From NCBI GenBank assembly GCA_040756875.1, contig JBFLYH010000001.1, forward strand, positions 145,317 to 209,316: DNA of 64,000 bases, in the 5' to 3' direction. Below are positions 1 to 8,844 of this stretch, in pieces; within the stretch, counting starts at the first letter, position 1, and every line of letters begins with the position of its first letter. A program made the translations under genes and the position numbers. The DNA is from a candidate division FCPU426 bacterium (GTDB taxonomy: Bacteria; Oederibacteriota; JAAXVQ01; JAUVAV01). The notes below the pieces were generated by a model. That model was given only the letters and a program-made list of their open reading frames with translations, was not told the origin of the DNA and ran no database searches.

Positions 1-521
1 ACCGCGCCGCCCTGGAGCGGCAGGCCGGGCGCCTGCTGGAGGAATTCCGGCAGCCTGTGCTGGTGGAGAATTATTTGCCTGGCCGGGAAGTCACGGTGGG
101 GATTCTCGGCACGGGTCGCAAGGCCCGCAGCCTGGGCGTGCTGGAAATCCACCTGGGCGAAAAAGCGGAGCCGGGCCTTTATTCCTACAGCAACAAACAG
201 CTCTACGAAGACCGCGTGACCTACGCGCTGGTCGCCGACCAGGCCCTGGCCCGGGAAGCCGAAACCCTGGCCCTGGCTGTGTATCAGGCCTTCGGCTGCC
301 GGGATGCGGGCCGCGTGGACCTGCGCGCGGACCAGGACGGCCGGCTGCACTTCCTGGAAATCAATCCCCTGGCCGGAATCCATCCCGTGCATTCAGACCT
401 TCCCATCCTCTGCCGGCTGCTCGGCGTGCGCTACGCCGAGCTCATTGCCGGCATCCTGGAGTCGGCCTGCGAAAGGCTGGGCCAGGTTCCCGAGGTCGTC
501 GGCCGCGTGGCCGGCGCCTGA
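1..521 (+). CDS. ATP-grasp ligase, D-Ala-D-Ala ligase (Ddl) family, C-terminal fragment; the 5' end lies upstream of the window
   Basis: The reading frame is open from nt 1. The C-terminal segment 'LHFLEINPLAGIHPVHSDLPILCRLLGV' is typical of the Ddl/ATP-grasp C-domain. The gene is truncated by the window edge. Confidence 0.55.
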   Translation, partial: RAALERQAGRLLEEFRQPVLVENYLPGREVTVGILGTGRKARSLGVLEIHLGEKAEPGLYSYSNKQLYEDRVTYALVADQALAREAETLALAVYQAFGCRDAGRVDLRADQDGRLHFLEINPLAGIHPVHSDLPILCRLLGVRYAELIAGILESACERLGQVPEVVGRVAGA

Positions 522-530
522 ACCCCTCCC

Positions 531-1508
531 GTGAAGGTCGCTCTCCTCTATAATCAGCCGCTGGCCCAGGCGCCGGATGCGGCCGACGTCCTGGACCAGG
601 TCAAACTGGTGGAATCCGCCCTCAACCAGACCGGAACCGCCTGCCGCGTCTTCGCCCTGCCGCCGGACTGGCCGGGCGTCAAGCGTGAATGGGACGGTCT
701 GACGGCTTATGCGCCGGATGTGGTGTTCAATCTGGTCGAAGCCCTGGGCGCGGACGCCCGCGGCCAGGCGCGCATCGCCGGCCTGCTGGAGTTAAGCGGA
801 TGGGCGTTCACGGGATCAGGCTCGCAGGCGCTCGTGCAAACCACGGACAAGGCCCTGACCAAGTCCGTGCTGGCGGCTTGCGGGTTGCCCACGCCCGCCT
901 GGCAGGTCGTCCGCGAACTGCCGGGGCGGACCATCGTACCCGGCCCCTGGATCATTAAACCCCTGGCCGAGGACGCTTCCGTGGGCATCGATGAAGACGC
1001 GGTCGTCAGGAACGCTGGGGAGCTGATCCCGCGCCTGACCGACAAACTCAGCCGTTTCAGCGGCCAGGGCCTGCTGCTGGAAACGTTTTTGGAAGGCCGG
1101 GAGTTCAATGTGTCTTTGCTGGAGCGCGTCCCCGGCCGGGTGGAAGCCCTGCCTCCGGCGGAAATTAAGTTCGAAGCCTGGCCCGCGGGCCAGCCGCGGC
1201 TCTTGACCTACCGCGCGAAGTGGGACCCCGCGGCATTCGAATACAGGCATACACCGCGCGCTTTCGTGCCGGCCGGCGCCCTGGCTGCCGAATTGCAGGA
1301 CTTGGCCACCGCGTGCTGGCGTGCGTTCGGATTGAGGGGTTATGCGCGGGTGGATTTCCGTCAGGATCAGTCCGGGAAATTGTGGGTGCTGGAAGTGAAC
1401 GCCAATCCCTGCCTGTCGCCGGATGCGGGCTTCATGGCTGCGGTCAAAGAACGGGGCTTAAGCCCGGGTGAGGCCATTCAAACGATAATGGAAGCGGCCG
1501 CCTATTAA
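531..1508 (+). CDS. ATP-grasp ligase, D-Ala-D-Ala ligase (Ddl) family, paralog of the upstream gene
   Basis: The 325-aa product has Ddl-like N, central and C domains (for example 'KALTKSVLAACGLPTPAW' and 'YARVDFRQDQSGKLWVLEVNANP'). It lies in tandem with the partial ATP-grasp gene. Confidence 0.6.
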   Translation: MKVALLYNQPLAQAPDAADVLDQVKLVESALNQTGTACRVFALPPDWPGVKREWDGLTAYAPDVVFNLVEALGADARGQARIAGLLELSGWAFTGSGSQALVQTTDKALTKSVLAACGLPTPAWQVVRELPGRTIVPGPWIIKPLAEDASVGIDEDAVVRNAGELIPRLTDKLSRFSGQGLLLETFLEGREFNVSLLERVPGRVEALPPAEIKFEAWPAGQPRLLTYRAKWDPAAFEYRHTPRAFVPAGALAAELQDLATACWRAFGLRGYARVDFRQDQSGKLWVLEVNANPCLSPDAGFMAAVKERGLSPGEAIQTIMEAAAY

Positions 1509-2365
1509 TTCCCAAAAGCGATGTCGTCGAAGGTGAACGTGCCGGGATTGATCACCCGGAGATAGATGCTTCTGATCCGTGACAGGTCCACATCGGTGAA
1601 ATCGCCCAGTTTCCAATGGACTTGTTTCCAGTTGTTCCGCGAGCTGGTGTCCACGGAAATCTGGGTCTGGCTCTTTCCACCGTCGTCCCACAGCGTCAGG
1701 TAGATCGGATCGTCCCCCTGCTCGTCGTAAACCCACACCCAGAACTCGTTCGCGCCCGCTAATTTAATGGTCAGGGCGCAGGGGAACACTCTGACCGTGC
1801 CGTTGTTGTCCTTAGGCATGATCTGCAGGGCCCGCTTGCCTTCGCTGACAAAGGTGGAGAAGTCCGGGCTGGAGCCGTTGACGTCCTGATAATACAATTC
1901 CGGCGTGCCGTTGCCTTCCTCGAAATTCTGGAAGCTGACCGGCGTGGGAGTAGGCGTGGGGGTGAGCGTGTTGGTGACGACCGGTGTAAAAGTGGCCGTG
2001 CGTGTCGCGGTGCGCGTGGCCGTGCGGGTGGTGGTGGCCGGCGGAGTCGATGTGCGCGTGGAAGTGGCCGTGGCTGTGGCAATGCCCGCCGGGGTGGGGG
2101 TGCCTGTGACCGGGACCGCGGGAGTGGCGGTGCTGCTCATGATGCCCGCCGGTGTGGACGTGGCAGACCGCGTGGCAGTAGACGACGACCCTGGCAACGC
2201 CGGGACGGGCGTGCAGGAGGGTGTGGCCGTGGCCGAGACGATTGGCAAAGGCGCGATCGGCAGTTTGGGCTGCAACGGCGCTTGAATCTTGCTGCATGCC
2301 GCCACGGCCAGCAGGCAGGCGCAGGCCAGCACGCTGGTCAGACGCAATTGCTTGAGATTCTTCAT
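1505..2365 (-). CDS. Lipoprotein with a Thr/Pro/Ala-rich linker and a C-terminal beta-sandwich domain that looks like a carbohydrate-binding module (CBM)
   Basis: There is a signal peptide with a lipobox (LLAVAAC). A long T/P/A repeat linker (TRTATRTATRTAT) follows. The C-terminal domain has 'FQNFEEGNGT...FDDIAFGN', which is shared with the adjacent paralog. An RBS (GAGAGGA) lies 7 nt upstream. Confidence 0.6.
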   Translation of the reverse strand: MKNLKQLRLTSVLACACLLAVAACSKIQAPLQPKLPIAPLPIVSATATPSCTPVPALPGSSSTATRSATSTPAGIMSSTATPAVPVTGTPTPAGIATATATSTRTSTPPATTTRTATRTATRTATFTPVVTNTLTPTPTPTPVSFQNFEEGNGTPELYYQDVNGSSPDFSTFVSEGKRALQIMPKDNNGTVRVFPCALTIKLAGANEFWVWVYDEQGDDPIYLTLWDDGGKSQTQISVDTSSRNNWKQVHWKLGDFTDVDLSRIRSIYLRVINPGTFTFDDIAFGN

Positions 2366-2376
2366 GGTGCGTCCTC

Positions 2377-3036
2377 TCAGAAACTTCCAAATCTTACGTC
2401 GTCAAAACGGAACGTGAGTCCTTGCGAATAGGGTTGGATCGTGAAATAAATGATATCGGTCAGATCGACGTCAAAGGGGCCCAGGTTCCAATAAATCATC
2501 GTCCATCCGCCGGGATTGGTGGCGGAAGCGGAGCCTACCATCTGCGATGATCCGCTCGAACTGGTCAGGATCATGTTGAAGCCCTGCTCGCCCACGGAAT
2601 CGTTGACCATCATCCATATATTGGTGTGGCTGGACAGGTCGAGCGGCGAACTGGCCGGATAAATCCGCACCTGTCCGGGGGCGCCCACGCCGAATGAAAC
2701 TTCCAGCGCCCGTGCGCCTTCATAGACCGTGGTGGTGAAGGCGGCGGTGCAGTTGACCAGGGAACCGTAATACGCTCCCTGGGTGCCGTTGCCGATTTCG
2801 AAATTTTGGAAATGGCCGACCGGCGTGGGCAGCGGAGTCGGGGTGTTGGCTGGCGTGGGAGCAGGCGTGCGGGTGAGGGTGGGCGTGGCCGTGCCCGGCG
2901 TGGCGATAGGCAGTGGGGTCAGGGGCACGGGCGCCAAGGGGGCAGGCACCCGCGTGCAGGACAAGGCCGTGCAGAAGACCAAAACCGCACTGGCCAGGAT
3001 GAAAAGCCCGGCTTGGATGAATGCGCGCCTATTCAT
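2377..3036 (-). CDS. Lipoprotein paralog with a PT-rich linker and the same C-terminal beta-sandwich (CBM-like) domain
   Basis: It has a signal peptide and lipobox, a PT linker, and 'FQNFEIGNGT...FDDVRFGSF' aligned to the neighbour. An RBS (GAGGTGA) lies upstream. It is co-oriented with the paralog and only 12 nt upstream of it. Confidence 0.6.
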   Translation of the reverse strand: MNRRAFIQAGLFILASAVLVFCTALSCTRVPAPLAPVPLTPLPIATPGTATPTLTRTPAPTPANTPTPLPTPVGHFQNFEIGNGTQGAYYGSLVNCTAAFTTTVYEGARALEVSFGVGAPGQVRIYPASSPLDLSSHTNIWMMVNDSVGEQGFNMILTSSSGSSQMVGSASATNPGGWTMIYWNLGPFDVDLTDIIYFTIQPYSQGLTFRFDDVRFGSF

Positions 3037-3198
3037 TATATATCACCTCGCAAAACAGATGGGTTGGCGGGGAAAAATAGGAGAGGGAAAGCGGCGTCGT
3101 TTATTGGACTCTATTCTATCAAATTGCGTTCCTGTTTCCCAATGGGAAAACAGGCTTGGGTAGCGTATCCTGGGACCGGTCTTTTTCGGAACTCTCCG

Positions 3199-3226
3199 GA
3201 TTGCTTTGCGCCGGAGTTTGGATATA
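3199..3226 (+). promoter_or_regulatory. Candidate sigma-70 promoter for the 3257 membrane-protein gene (-35 TTGCTT, -10 TATAAT, about 16-nt spacer)
   Basis: The motif is read directly in the divergent intergenic region. TATAAT lies about 30 nt upstream of the ATG. Coordinates are approximate. Confidence 0.35.
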
Positions 3227-3256
3227 ATACAGGAAAACCCGGACAGGAGAGCCAAT

Positions 3257-3853
3257 ATGCCCAGACGCCTTGCGATCGAATCCGCCCCGCTGCCTCCGTT
3301 TTCGCCGGACACGGCTCCGCGGTTGCGGCCCGTGTGGTTTCTGGCCGCTGCGGCCGGGCACGCCGTTTACCTGGCAGTGTTTTATTATCTGCTTTCAGTG
3401 GAAAACGCCTTCAATTTCAACAACAACTACCCGGTGCTGGGATTTCTCACCTGTCTGACGGTTTTAATCGCCCTGGCGATCCTGGTCCTGGCCGTGTCCG
3501 AGGCCCGGCCGTTGGCCGAAGGCCGCCCGGACCACTCCCAGACGACGTTTTTTTTCGTGGCCTCGCTGTCCCTGGTGGCCTTCCTCGTGCTGCCGGTCGT
3601 CTATTATTTCATGCTGCTGGATGATTTCGCCGTGACCGCCCGGCAATGGCTCTCAGCCGGCCTGGCGCTGGCCGCGATGTGGCTGGCCTGGCGGGGATGG
3701 TGGCGCCACCTGGCCTCGCCCCGCGGCCTGCTGGTCCGGGCCGGGTTCGGCCTGTTATGCGTAGTCTTGGTTTTGCTGATGATGAACATGCTCTGCGACG
3801 TGATCCCGACCCCTGCCGGCAACATTAAGGAAAACGTCCTGCTGCCGCTCTGA
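3257..3853 (+). CDS. Hypothetical integral membrane protein with four predicted TM helices
   Basis: The ATG at 3257 is preceded by the RBS AGGAGAG. The ORF track's 3206 start lacks an RBS. The product has hydrophobic helices throughout and no recognisable family. Confidence 0.5.
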   Translation: MPRRLAIESAPLPPFSPDTAPRLRPVWFLAAAAGHAVYLAVFYYLLSVENAFNFNNNYPVLGFLTCLTVLIALAILVLAVSEARPLAEGRPDHSQTTFFFVASLSLVAFLVLPVVYYFMLLDDFAVTARQWLSAGLALAAMWLAWRGWWRHLASPRGLLVRAGFGLLCVVLVLLMMNMLCDVIPTPAGNIKENVLLPL

Positions 3854-3875
3854 ACCGGCGGCGAAAGGAAGACCC

Positions 3876-4013
3876 ATGGAACCGAACGACGACAGCCGGG
3901 CCTGGCGGCGGCGCCAGATCATCGAAGGCGTCCAAAAGATTCTTTCCGGCCTCTTCCGGCTGGGGCTGATGGCCCTGCTCCTGTATTTGATCTTCAAGTA
4001 TTTCGCCAAATGA
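3876..4013 (+). CDS. Small 45-aa single-TM protein; its stop overlaps the xerD start (ATGA)
   Basis: The sequence is MEPNDDSRAWRRRQIIEGVQKILSGLFRLGLMALLLYLIFKYFAK, with a GAAAGGAAG RBS 5 nt upstream. It is below the ORF-track length cutoff. Confidence 0.3.
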   Translation: MEPNDDSRAWRRRQIIEGVQKILSGLFRLGLMALLLYLIFKYFAK

Positions 4014-4930
4014 AGGCGCCCGCTTCCGAATCCCGAAGAACCGCTTCTGATCCCGCCTGGCTGCAGGACTTTTTCAATTATTTGCGCGCGGAAAAAGGCT
4101 TGGCGCCATTGACCCTCTCGGCTTACCGGCAGGACATCGACCACTACCTGGGTTTTCTGGACGCCCGCCGCGTGGCGTTTGATCCCTGTCTGCCTCCGGA
4201 CCGGGAGACGATCCAGCTTTTTCTGGCGCAACTTCAATCCCAGGCCAAGGCGTCGGCCACCATCGTGCGCGCGTTGGTGTCCCTGCGCTCCCTGCACCGG
4301 TTTCTCAAGGAGGAAGGCGTGGCGGAGCGAGACCCTACCGAGGATTTCGAGTCCTATCGGCTGTGGAAAAAACTGCCCTCGGTCTTGAGCGTGGACGAGG
4401 TGGGGCGGCTGCTCCGGGCGCCGGAACTGACGGCGCGCAACGGCTTGCGGGACCGGGCCATGCTGGAGCTGCTCTACGCCACCGGTTTGCGCGTTTCCGA
4501 ACTGGTGTCGCTCCGGTCGGGCCAAATCAACTGGGAAGAAGGCTTCCTGCGCGTCCAGGGCAAGGGGCGCAGGGAACGGCTGGTGCCAATCGGAAGGCCG
4601 GCCCTGCTCCTGGCGCGGCGGTATCTGCAGGAACGCCCGCCGGCCGGAGACGAGGCGCCGTTGTTTATCGCCCGCGGCCAGCGCGGTTTCTCGCGGGTTG
4701 GTTTTTGGAAGCTGCTGCGCCGCTATGCCCGGCTGGCCGGAATCGAAAAGCACCTGTCACCCCATACGCTGCGGCATTCTTTTGCCACCCATTTGCTGGC
4801 AGGCGGAGCTGACTTGCGCCTGGTCCAGGAAATGCTCGGCCATGTCAACATCAGCACCACCCAGATCTACACCCACGTGGACCGCCGTCGCTTGCAGCAG
4901 GTGCACAAACAGTTCCATCCGCGACCATAG
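4010..4930 (+). CDS. xerD: Tyrosine site-specific recombinase XerD (chromosome dimer resolution)
   Basis: 'AMLELLYATGLRVSELV' and the C-terminal 'RHSFATHLLAGGADLRLVQEMLGHVNISTTQIYTHV...HPRP' match the XerD catalytic motifs R-H-R-Y. Confidence 0.8.
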   Translation: MKAPASESRRTASDPAWLQDFFNYLRAEKGLAPLTLSAYRQDIDHYLGFLDARRVAFDPCLPPDRETIQLFLAQLQSQAKASATIVRALVSLRSLHRFLKEEGVAERDPTEDFESYRLWKKLPSVLSVDEVGRLLRAPELTARNGLRDRAMLELLYATGLRVSELVSLRSGQINWEEGFLRVQGKGRRERLVPIGRPALLLARRYLQERPPAGDEAPLFIARGQRGFSRVGFWKLLRRYARLAGIEKHLSPHTLRHSFATHLLAGGADLRLVQEMLGHVNISTTQIYTHVDRRRLQQVHKQFHPRP

Positions 4931-4965
4931 TATACCGGGACAACGGGTGGATCAGAGAGGGCCTG

Positions 4966-6129
4966 ATGAAAACCAAACCGTCCCATCGCGAATCCGCCGA
5001 TCTTGCCCCCCTGATGCGGGAGCGCTTGTCCGGCCCGGTTCTGGGACGGCTGCGCGCGGCCGGCAGGACAGCCGAACGCCAGGGCCTGAAAATTTATGCG
5101 GTGGGGGGATTTGTCCGGGACCTGCTGCTGGGCCGCCAGAACGAGGACGTGGATCTGGTGGTGGAAGGGCCGGGCATTGCCCTGGCCCGGCACTTTGCCC
5201 GGCAGTGGCGCGCAGAGGTGCGGGTCCATGAACGCTTCGGCACCGCCGCGCTCCGGCTCCCAGGAGGCGGGAAAGTGGATGTGGCCACGGCCCGCGCGGA
5301 AAGCTATCCCCAACCCGCGGCCCTGCCCCAGGTTTCAGCCGCGGGTCTCGAGCGGGATTTGCGCCGCCGGGATTTCACCGTCAATGCCATGGCCATCCGG
5401 CTGGTTTCCGCGGCTTTTGGACAACTGGTCGATCCCCTGGCCGGAGCCGAGGACCTGGAAGCCGGCCTGATCCGCATTCTTCATCCGCAAAGCTTCATCG
5501 ACGATCCGACCCGCATCTTCCGGGCCGCGCGATTCGAACAGCGGTTCGGCTTCCGGCTGGAAGCGGAAACGGGCCGCTGTCTGGCGGCCGCCGTGGGCCT
5601 GGTCAGCCGGCTGTCCGGGCCGAGGGTCTTGCACGAAGTGCTGCTGGTGCTGGACGAGGCGCAGCCCGCCGGGATTCTCCGCCGCCTGTCCCAGCTCGGC
5701 GTGCTGGGACAAGTGCGTCCGGCCCTGGCAGACCCCGGCCGGCTGGCCCGGGGCTTCGACGCGGCGCTTCGGTCTCTTACGTACGCGGACCGGCATCTGG
5801 GCCGGCCCGTGGACCGCCGCCTGGTGCTGCTGATGGCGTTGCTGGACGACCTGACCGTGGCCGAGGCCGAGGCCTGGGCGGCGCATCATCAGCTTCCGCG
5901 CGGCCTGAAGTCCGTCCTGCTGCGGGAAAAAAGCCGGGGTGCTGCGGCCCGGCAGCAGCTGGCGTCCGGGCGCGAGGACGAGGTTGCCCGGGGCGCCGCT
6001 GTTTTCAAAACCCTGCCGGAAGAAGTGCTTCTCTTCGCAATGGCCAAAACCAGCGCCCTCCGGCCCGCCGAGCTTCTACGGAAATTGCTGCGTGAACGCG
6101 GCGCAGTCCCTGCCCGCACGCATGCTTGA
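4966..6129 (+). CDS. tRNA nucleotidyltransferase / poly(A) polymerase family protein (CCA-adding enzyme-like)
   Basis: The PolyA_pol head domain is present: 'IYAVGGFVRDLLLGRQNEDVDLVVEG', 'RRDFTVNAMAI'. Confidence 0.65.
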   Translation: MKTKPSHRESADLAPLMRERLSGPVLGRLRAAGRTAERQGLKIYAVGGFVRDLLLGRQNEDVDLVVEGPGIALARHFARQWRAEVRVHERFGTAALRLPGGGKVDVATARAESYPQPAALPQVSAAGLERDLRRRDFTVNAMAIRLVSAAFGQLVDPLAGAEDLEAGLIRILHPQSFIDDPTRIFRAARFEQRFGFRLEAETGRCLAAAVGLVSRLSGPRVLHEVLLVLDEAQPAGILRRLSQLGVLGQVRPALADPGRLARGFDAALRSLTYADRHLGRPVDRRLVLLMALLDDLTVAEAEAWAAHHQLPRGLKSVLLREKSRGAAARQQLASGREDEVARGAAVFKTLPEEVLLFAMAKTSALRPAELLRKLLRERGAVPARTHA

Positions 6130-7282
6130 TCCGCGTCTGGTCCGATGGGTGCCGCGGCGCCTGCTGGCCTGGTTCCGCCGCCACGCCCGGAAGCTTCCCT
6201 GGCGGTCCCATCCCCATCCCTACCGCGTTTGGATTTCGGAAATCATGCTGCAGCAAACCCAGGTGGCCACGGTCTTGCCGTATTACCGGCGCTGGCTGCG
6301 CCGTTTTCCCACGGTTCGCAGCCTGGCGCAGGCCAGCCAGGGCGAGGTGCTCAAAGCCTGGGAGGGATTGGGTTATTATTCCCGCGCCCGGAATCTGCAC
6401 CAGGCCGCCTGCCGCCTGGTCCGCACTAACCAGGGACGGCTGCCGGATACGGCCGCCGGGTGGCAAATGCTCCCGGGCATCGGTCCCTACACGGCCAATG
6501 CCATCGCGAGCATCAGCCGGCAGGAGCGCGTGCCCGTGGTGGACGGGAACGTGTCGCGCGTCTGGGCGAGATTCTTCAAGCTGGCCGGGAACCTGGAAGA
6601 GCCGGCTGTCCGCCGGCGATTGTGGGATCTGGCGGAGCGGCTGCTGCCGGCCGGGACTCCGGGCGATTTCAACCAGGCGGTCATGGAACTGGGCGCCCTG
6701 GTCTGCCAACCCCGGAACCCCCGCTGCGCCGTCTGCCCGCTCTCGGCCCGCTGCCGGGCCAGGATCGCGGGGCAGCAGGAACGCTATCCCCGGCGCCGTC
6801 CGCGGCGCGCAGTTCCGCACCATGAAGTGGCGGCTGCGGTGATCAAACGCGGCGACCGCTATCTGCTCGGCCGGCGGCCTGACCGGGGGCTGTTGGGCGG
6901 ATTGTGGGAGTTTCCGGGAGGCAAAACAGAGCCGGGCGAAACCCTGGGCCAGGCGCTCGAGCGGGAGCTTGAAGAGGAACTGGGGGTGCGCGCGCGGGCG
7001 GGCAGGGAGCTGGTGTCCGTGGACCACGCCTACACCCATTTCACCGTGACCGTGCACGCCCTGGCTTGCACGCTCGGCCGCCAAAAACCGCGGCTGAAGT
7101 TTCATCACGCCCTGCGCTGGGCCACGCTCGCGGATATGCGGCGGCTGGCTTTCCCGCGCGCCAACCATGCCATTATAGCTTTTCTACGGAAGGAACCTCG
7201 GAAGCGGAGTGCCCGGATCCGGACAACTGGCGTTCGGCCAGAAAGCGGTCATAGTCGGTTTCATTCGGCAAAGAGAGTGTAA
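6122..7282 (+). CDS. mutY: A/G-specific adenine DNA glycosylase MutY with a C-terminal NUDIX domain
   Basis: The HhH-GPD motifs 'WISEIMLQQTQV' and 'LPGIGPYTANAIASI' are present, with the Fe-S cysteine cluster 'CQPRNPRCAVCPL'. The NUDIX box is 'GLWEFPGGKTEPGETLGQALERELEEELG'. The start was set to the ATG at 6122. The ORF-track 5939 is an in-frame upstream extension. Confidence 0.75.
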   Translation: MLDPRLVRWVPRRLLAWFRRHARKLPWRSHPHPYRVWISEIMLQQTQVATVLPYYRRWLRRFPTVRSLAQASQGEVLKAWEGLGYYSRARNLHQAACRLVRTNQGRLPDTAAGWQMLPGIGPYTANAIASISRQERVPVVDGNVSRVWARFFKLAGNLEEPAVRRRLWDLAERLLPAGTPGDFNQAVMELGALVCQPRNPRCAVCPLSARCRARIAGQQERYPRRRPRRAVPHHEVAAAVIKRGDRYLLGRRPDRGLLGGLWEFPGGKTEPGETLGQALERELEEELGVRARAGRELVSVDHAYTHFTVTVHALACTLGRQKPRLKFHHALRWATLADMRRLAFPRANHAIIAFLRKEPRKRSARIRTTGVRPESGHSRFHSAKRV

Positions 7283-8456
7283 AGGTCGCCCCCCGGCCGG
7301 GCAGGGATTCGACCTGCAACGCGCCGCCGTGGTCTTCGGCGATTTTATGGCAAATGGCCAGGCCCAGGCCCGTGCCCTGGCCCATAGGTTTGGTGGTAAA
7401 GAGCGGGCTCCAGATTTTATCCAGGGCCTCGGATGGGATGCCCGGCCCGTTGTCCTGCACGCTCAGGTGCAATTGGTTCTTGCTCGCGAAAATGCGGGCG
7501 GTAATCGACGGATCGGGGGTGCCGGCCAGGGCGTCCGCGGCATTGGCGATCAGATTGACCAGAATCTGGGTCACCTGCACGGGGTTGGCCTTGACCTGGA
7601 AGGGGATGTCCTGGGCTTCAACCTGGACTTGGCAGAGATGCTTGGTCTTGGGCAGGCAAATTTGGATGGCGTCGGCCAGGCATTGCTTGGGATCGAGCGC
7701 TTCGATCTTGCCGCCCTGGCCGTGCGACAGGGAGCGCATGCCATCCACGATGGCCCGCAACCGGCGGACCGCTTTTTCGGCATTCTCGATCATCTCCGCC
7801 ACGTCCTGCGCCTGCGGTTGGTAACCGCCGCCCGGCTCGGGCAGTCCGGCCAGTTGCTGAAAAATCTTGCCCCCGAATTGGCGCCAGAAATGCTTCAGCA
7901 GGCCGAGGTTGCCCTGCACGATGGTCAGGGGATTGTTGATCTCATGGGCGATGCCCGCGGCCATGGTCCCCAGCACGATCATGCGGTCCGCGCGGACCAG
8001 TTGCTGGGCGCGCTCCTGGGCCAGTTGCTCCAGGTCCTGGGAATACTGGGTCAGGCGTTCGTTCGTGATTTTCAGGGCGTTTTCGTAATTCGCCACCCGC
8101 ACGCCCACCGAAATCCTGCTTTTCAGTTCGTCCTTGTTGAATGGTTTGGTGATATAATCGTTCGCGCCCGCGTCCAAGCCGATGGTGATGTCTTCGGGGC
8201 GGTCGTTCGAGGTCACGAGGATGATATAGACGAAATTGCTGTCCTTGCGGGCGCGCTGGCGGCGGCAAATTTCGAGGCCGTCCAGTTCGGGCATCATCCA
8301 GTCCAACAGGGCGACATCCGGCTGAGGCGAGGTCGTCAGCAATTGCCAGGCTTCCGGACCGTTGTGCGCCAGTACGATTTCATAGCCGGAGTTTTTAAGT
8401 GAATTCTCCAGCAGGCGCAGGGTGATGGGATCATCATCGGCCAACAGTATTCGCAT
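7173..8456 (-). CDS. Hybrid response-regulator receiver / histidine kinase (REC-HisKA-HATPase_c)
   Basis: There is an N-terminal REC ('MRILLADDD...LDWMMPELDG'), an H-box 'AAGIAHEINNPL', and N/G boxes 'LVNLIANAADA', 'DNGPGIP', 'GTGLGLAI'. The start ATG is at 8456, with a GGGAG RBS. Confidence 0.7.
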   Translation of the reverse strand: MRILLADDDPITLRLLENSLKNSGYEIVLAHNGPEAWQLLTTSPQPDVALLDWMMPELDGLEICRRQRARKDSNFVYIILVTSNDRPEDITIGLDAGANDYITKPFNKDELKSRISVGVRVANYENALKITNERLTQYSQDLEQLAQERAQQLVRADRMIVLGTMAAGIAHEINNPLTIVQGNLGLLKHFWRQFGGKIFQQLAGLPEPGGGYQPQAQDVAEMIENAEKAVRRLRAIVDGMRSLSHGQGGKIEALDPKQCLADAIQICLPKTKHLCQVQVEAQDIPFQVKANPVQVTQILVNLIANAADALAGTPDPSITARIFASKNQLHLSVQDNGPGIPSEALDKIWSPLFTTKPMGQGTGLGLAICHKIAEDHGGALQVESLPGRGATFTLSLPNETDYDRFLAERQLSGSGHSASEVPSVEKL

Positions 8457-8810
8457 GCTTGTTTCTCCCGGGAGTGCAAAGATCTCCCTCGTGAGTATCG
8501 GCCTAAACCGCCACGGACTAATGCTCCGTAATTGCGCCCAGGGTAGCCAAAGGCGGGATGTTGGAACGGAATGAAAGAGGCATAGCCTTTTGGCGAGTTG
8601 CAATTTGTAACAAGGTTAATTATAATCAGCAAAAATAAGGAAAGCAAATCGCGGTGGCCGTTTTTGGGCCATTCTGCGGGGGAGAACGGAAAACGATTTA
8701 GAAATAAGAGCTTTTCAGGTGAGCTGCAAAAAAATAATTCCCCCAAATGAATGAACTTCACAAATTAAGATTGGTCTAATATAATTGAATACTTATATTT
8801 GAACCAGAAG

Positions 8811-8826
8811 CGTTCCCGAGGGAACG
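8811..8826. promoter_or_regulatory. Perfect palindrome CGTTCCC-GAG-GGAACG just upstream of the nifU RBS; candidate operator
   Basis: This is a 7-2-7 inverted repeat read directly. It lies about 19 nt upstream of the nifU ATG, between a TTGGTC-17-TATATT promoter-like motif and the RBS GGAAGGAG. Confidence 0.3.
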
Positions 8827-8844
8827 GAACCGGAAGGAGCGGCC

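Noticed and set aside
5939-6121. Upstream extension of the mutY ORF overlapping the CCA-enzyme gene
   Set aside because: This is an in-frame stop-free stretch only. MutY homology begins at the ATG at 6122, which abuts the upstream stop.
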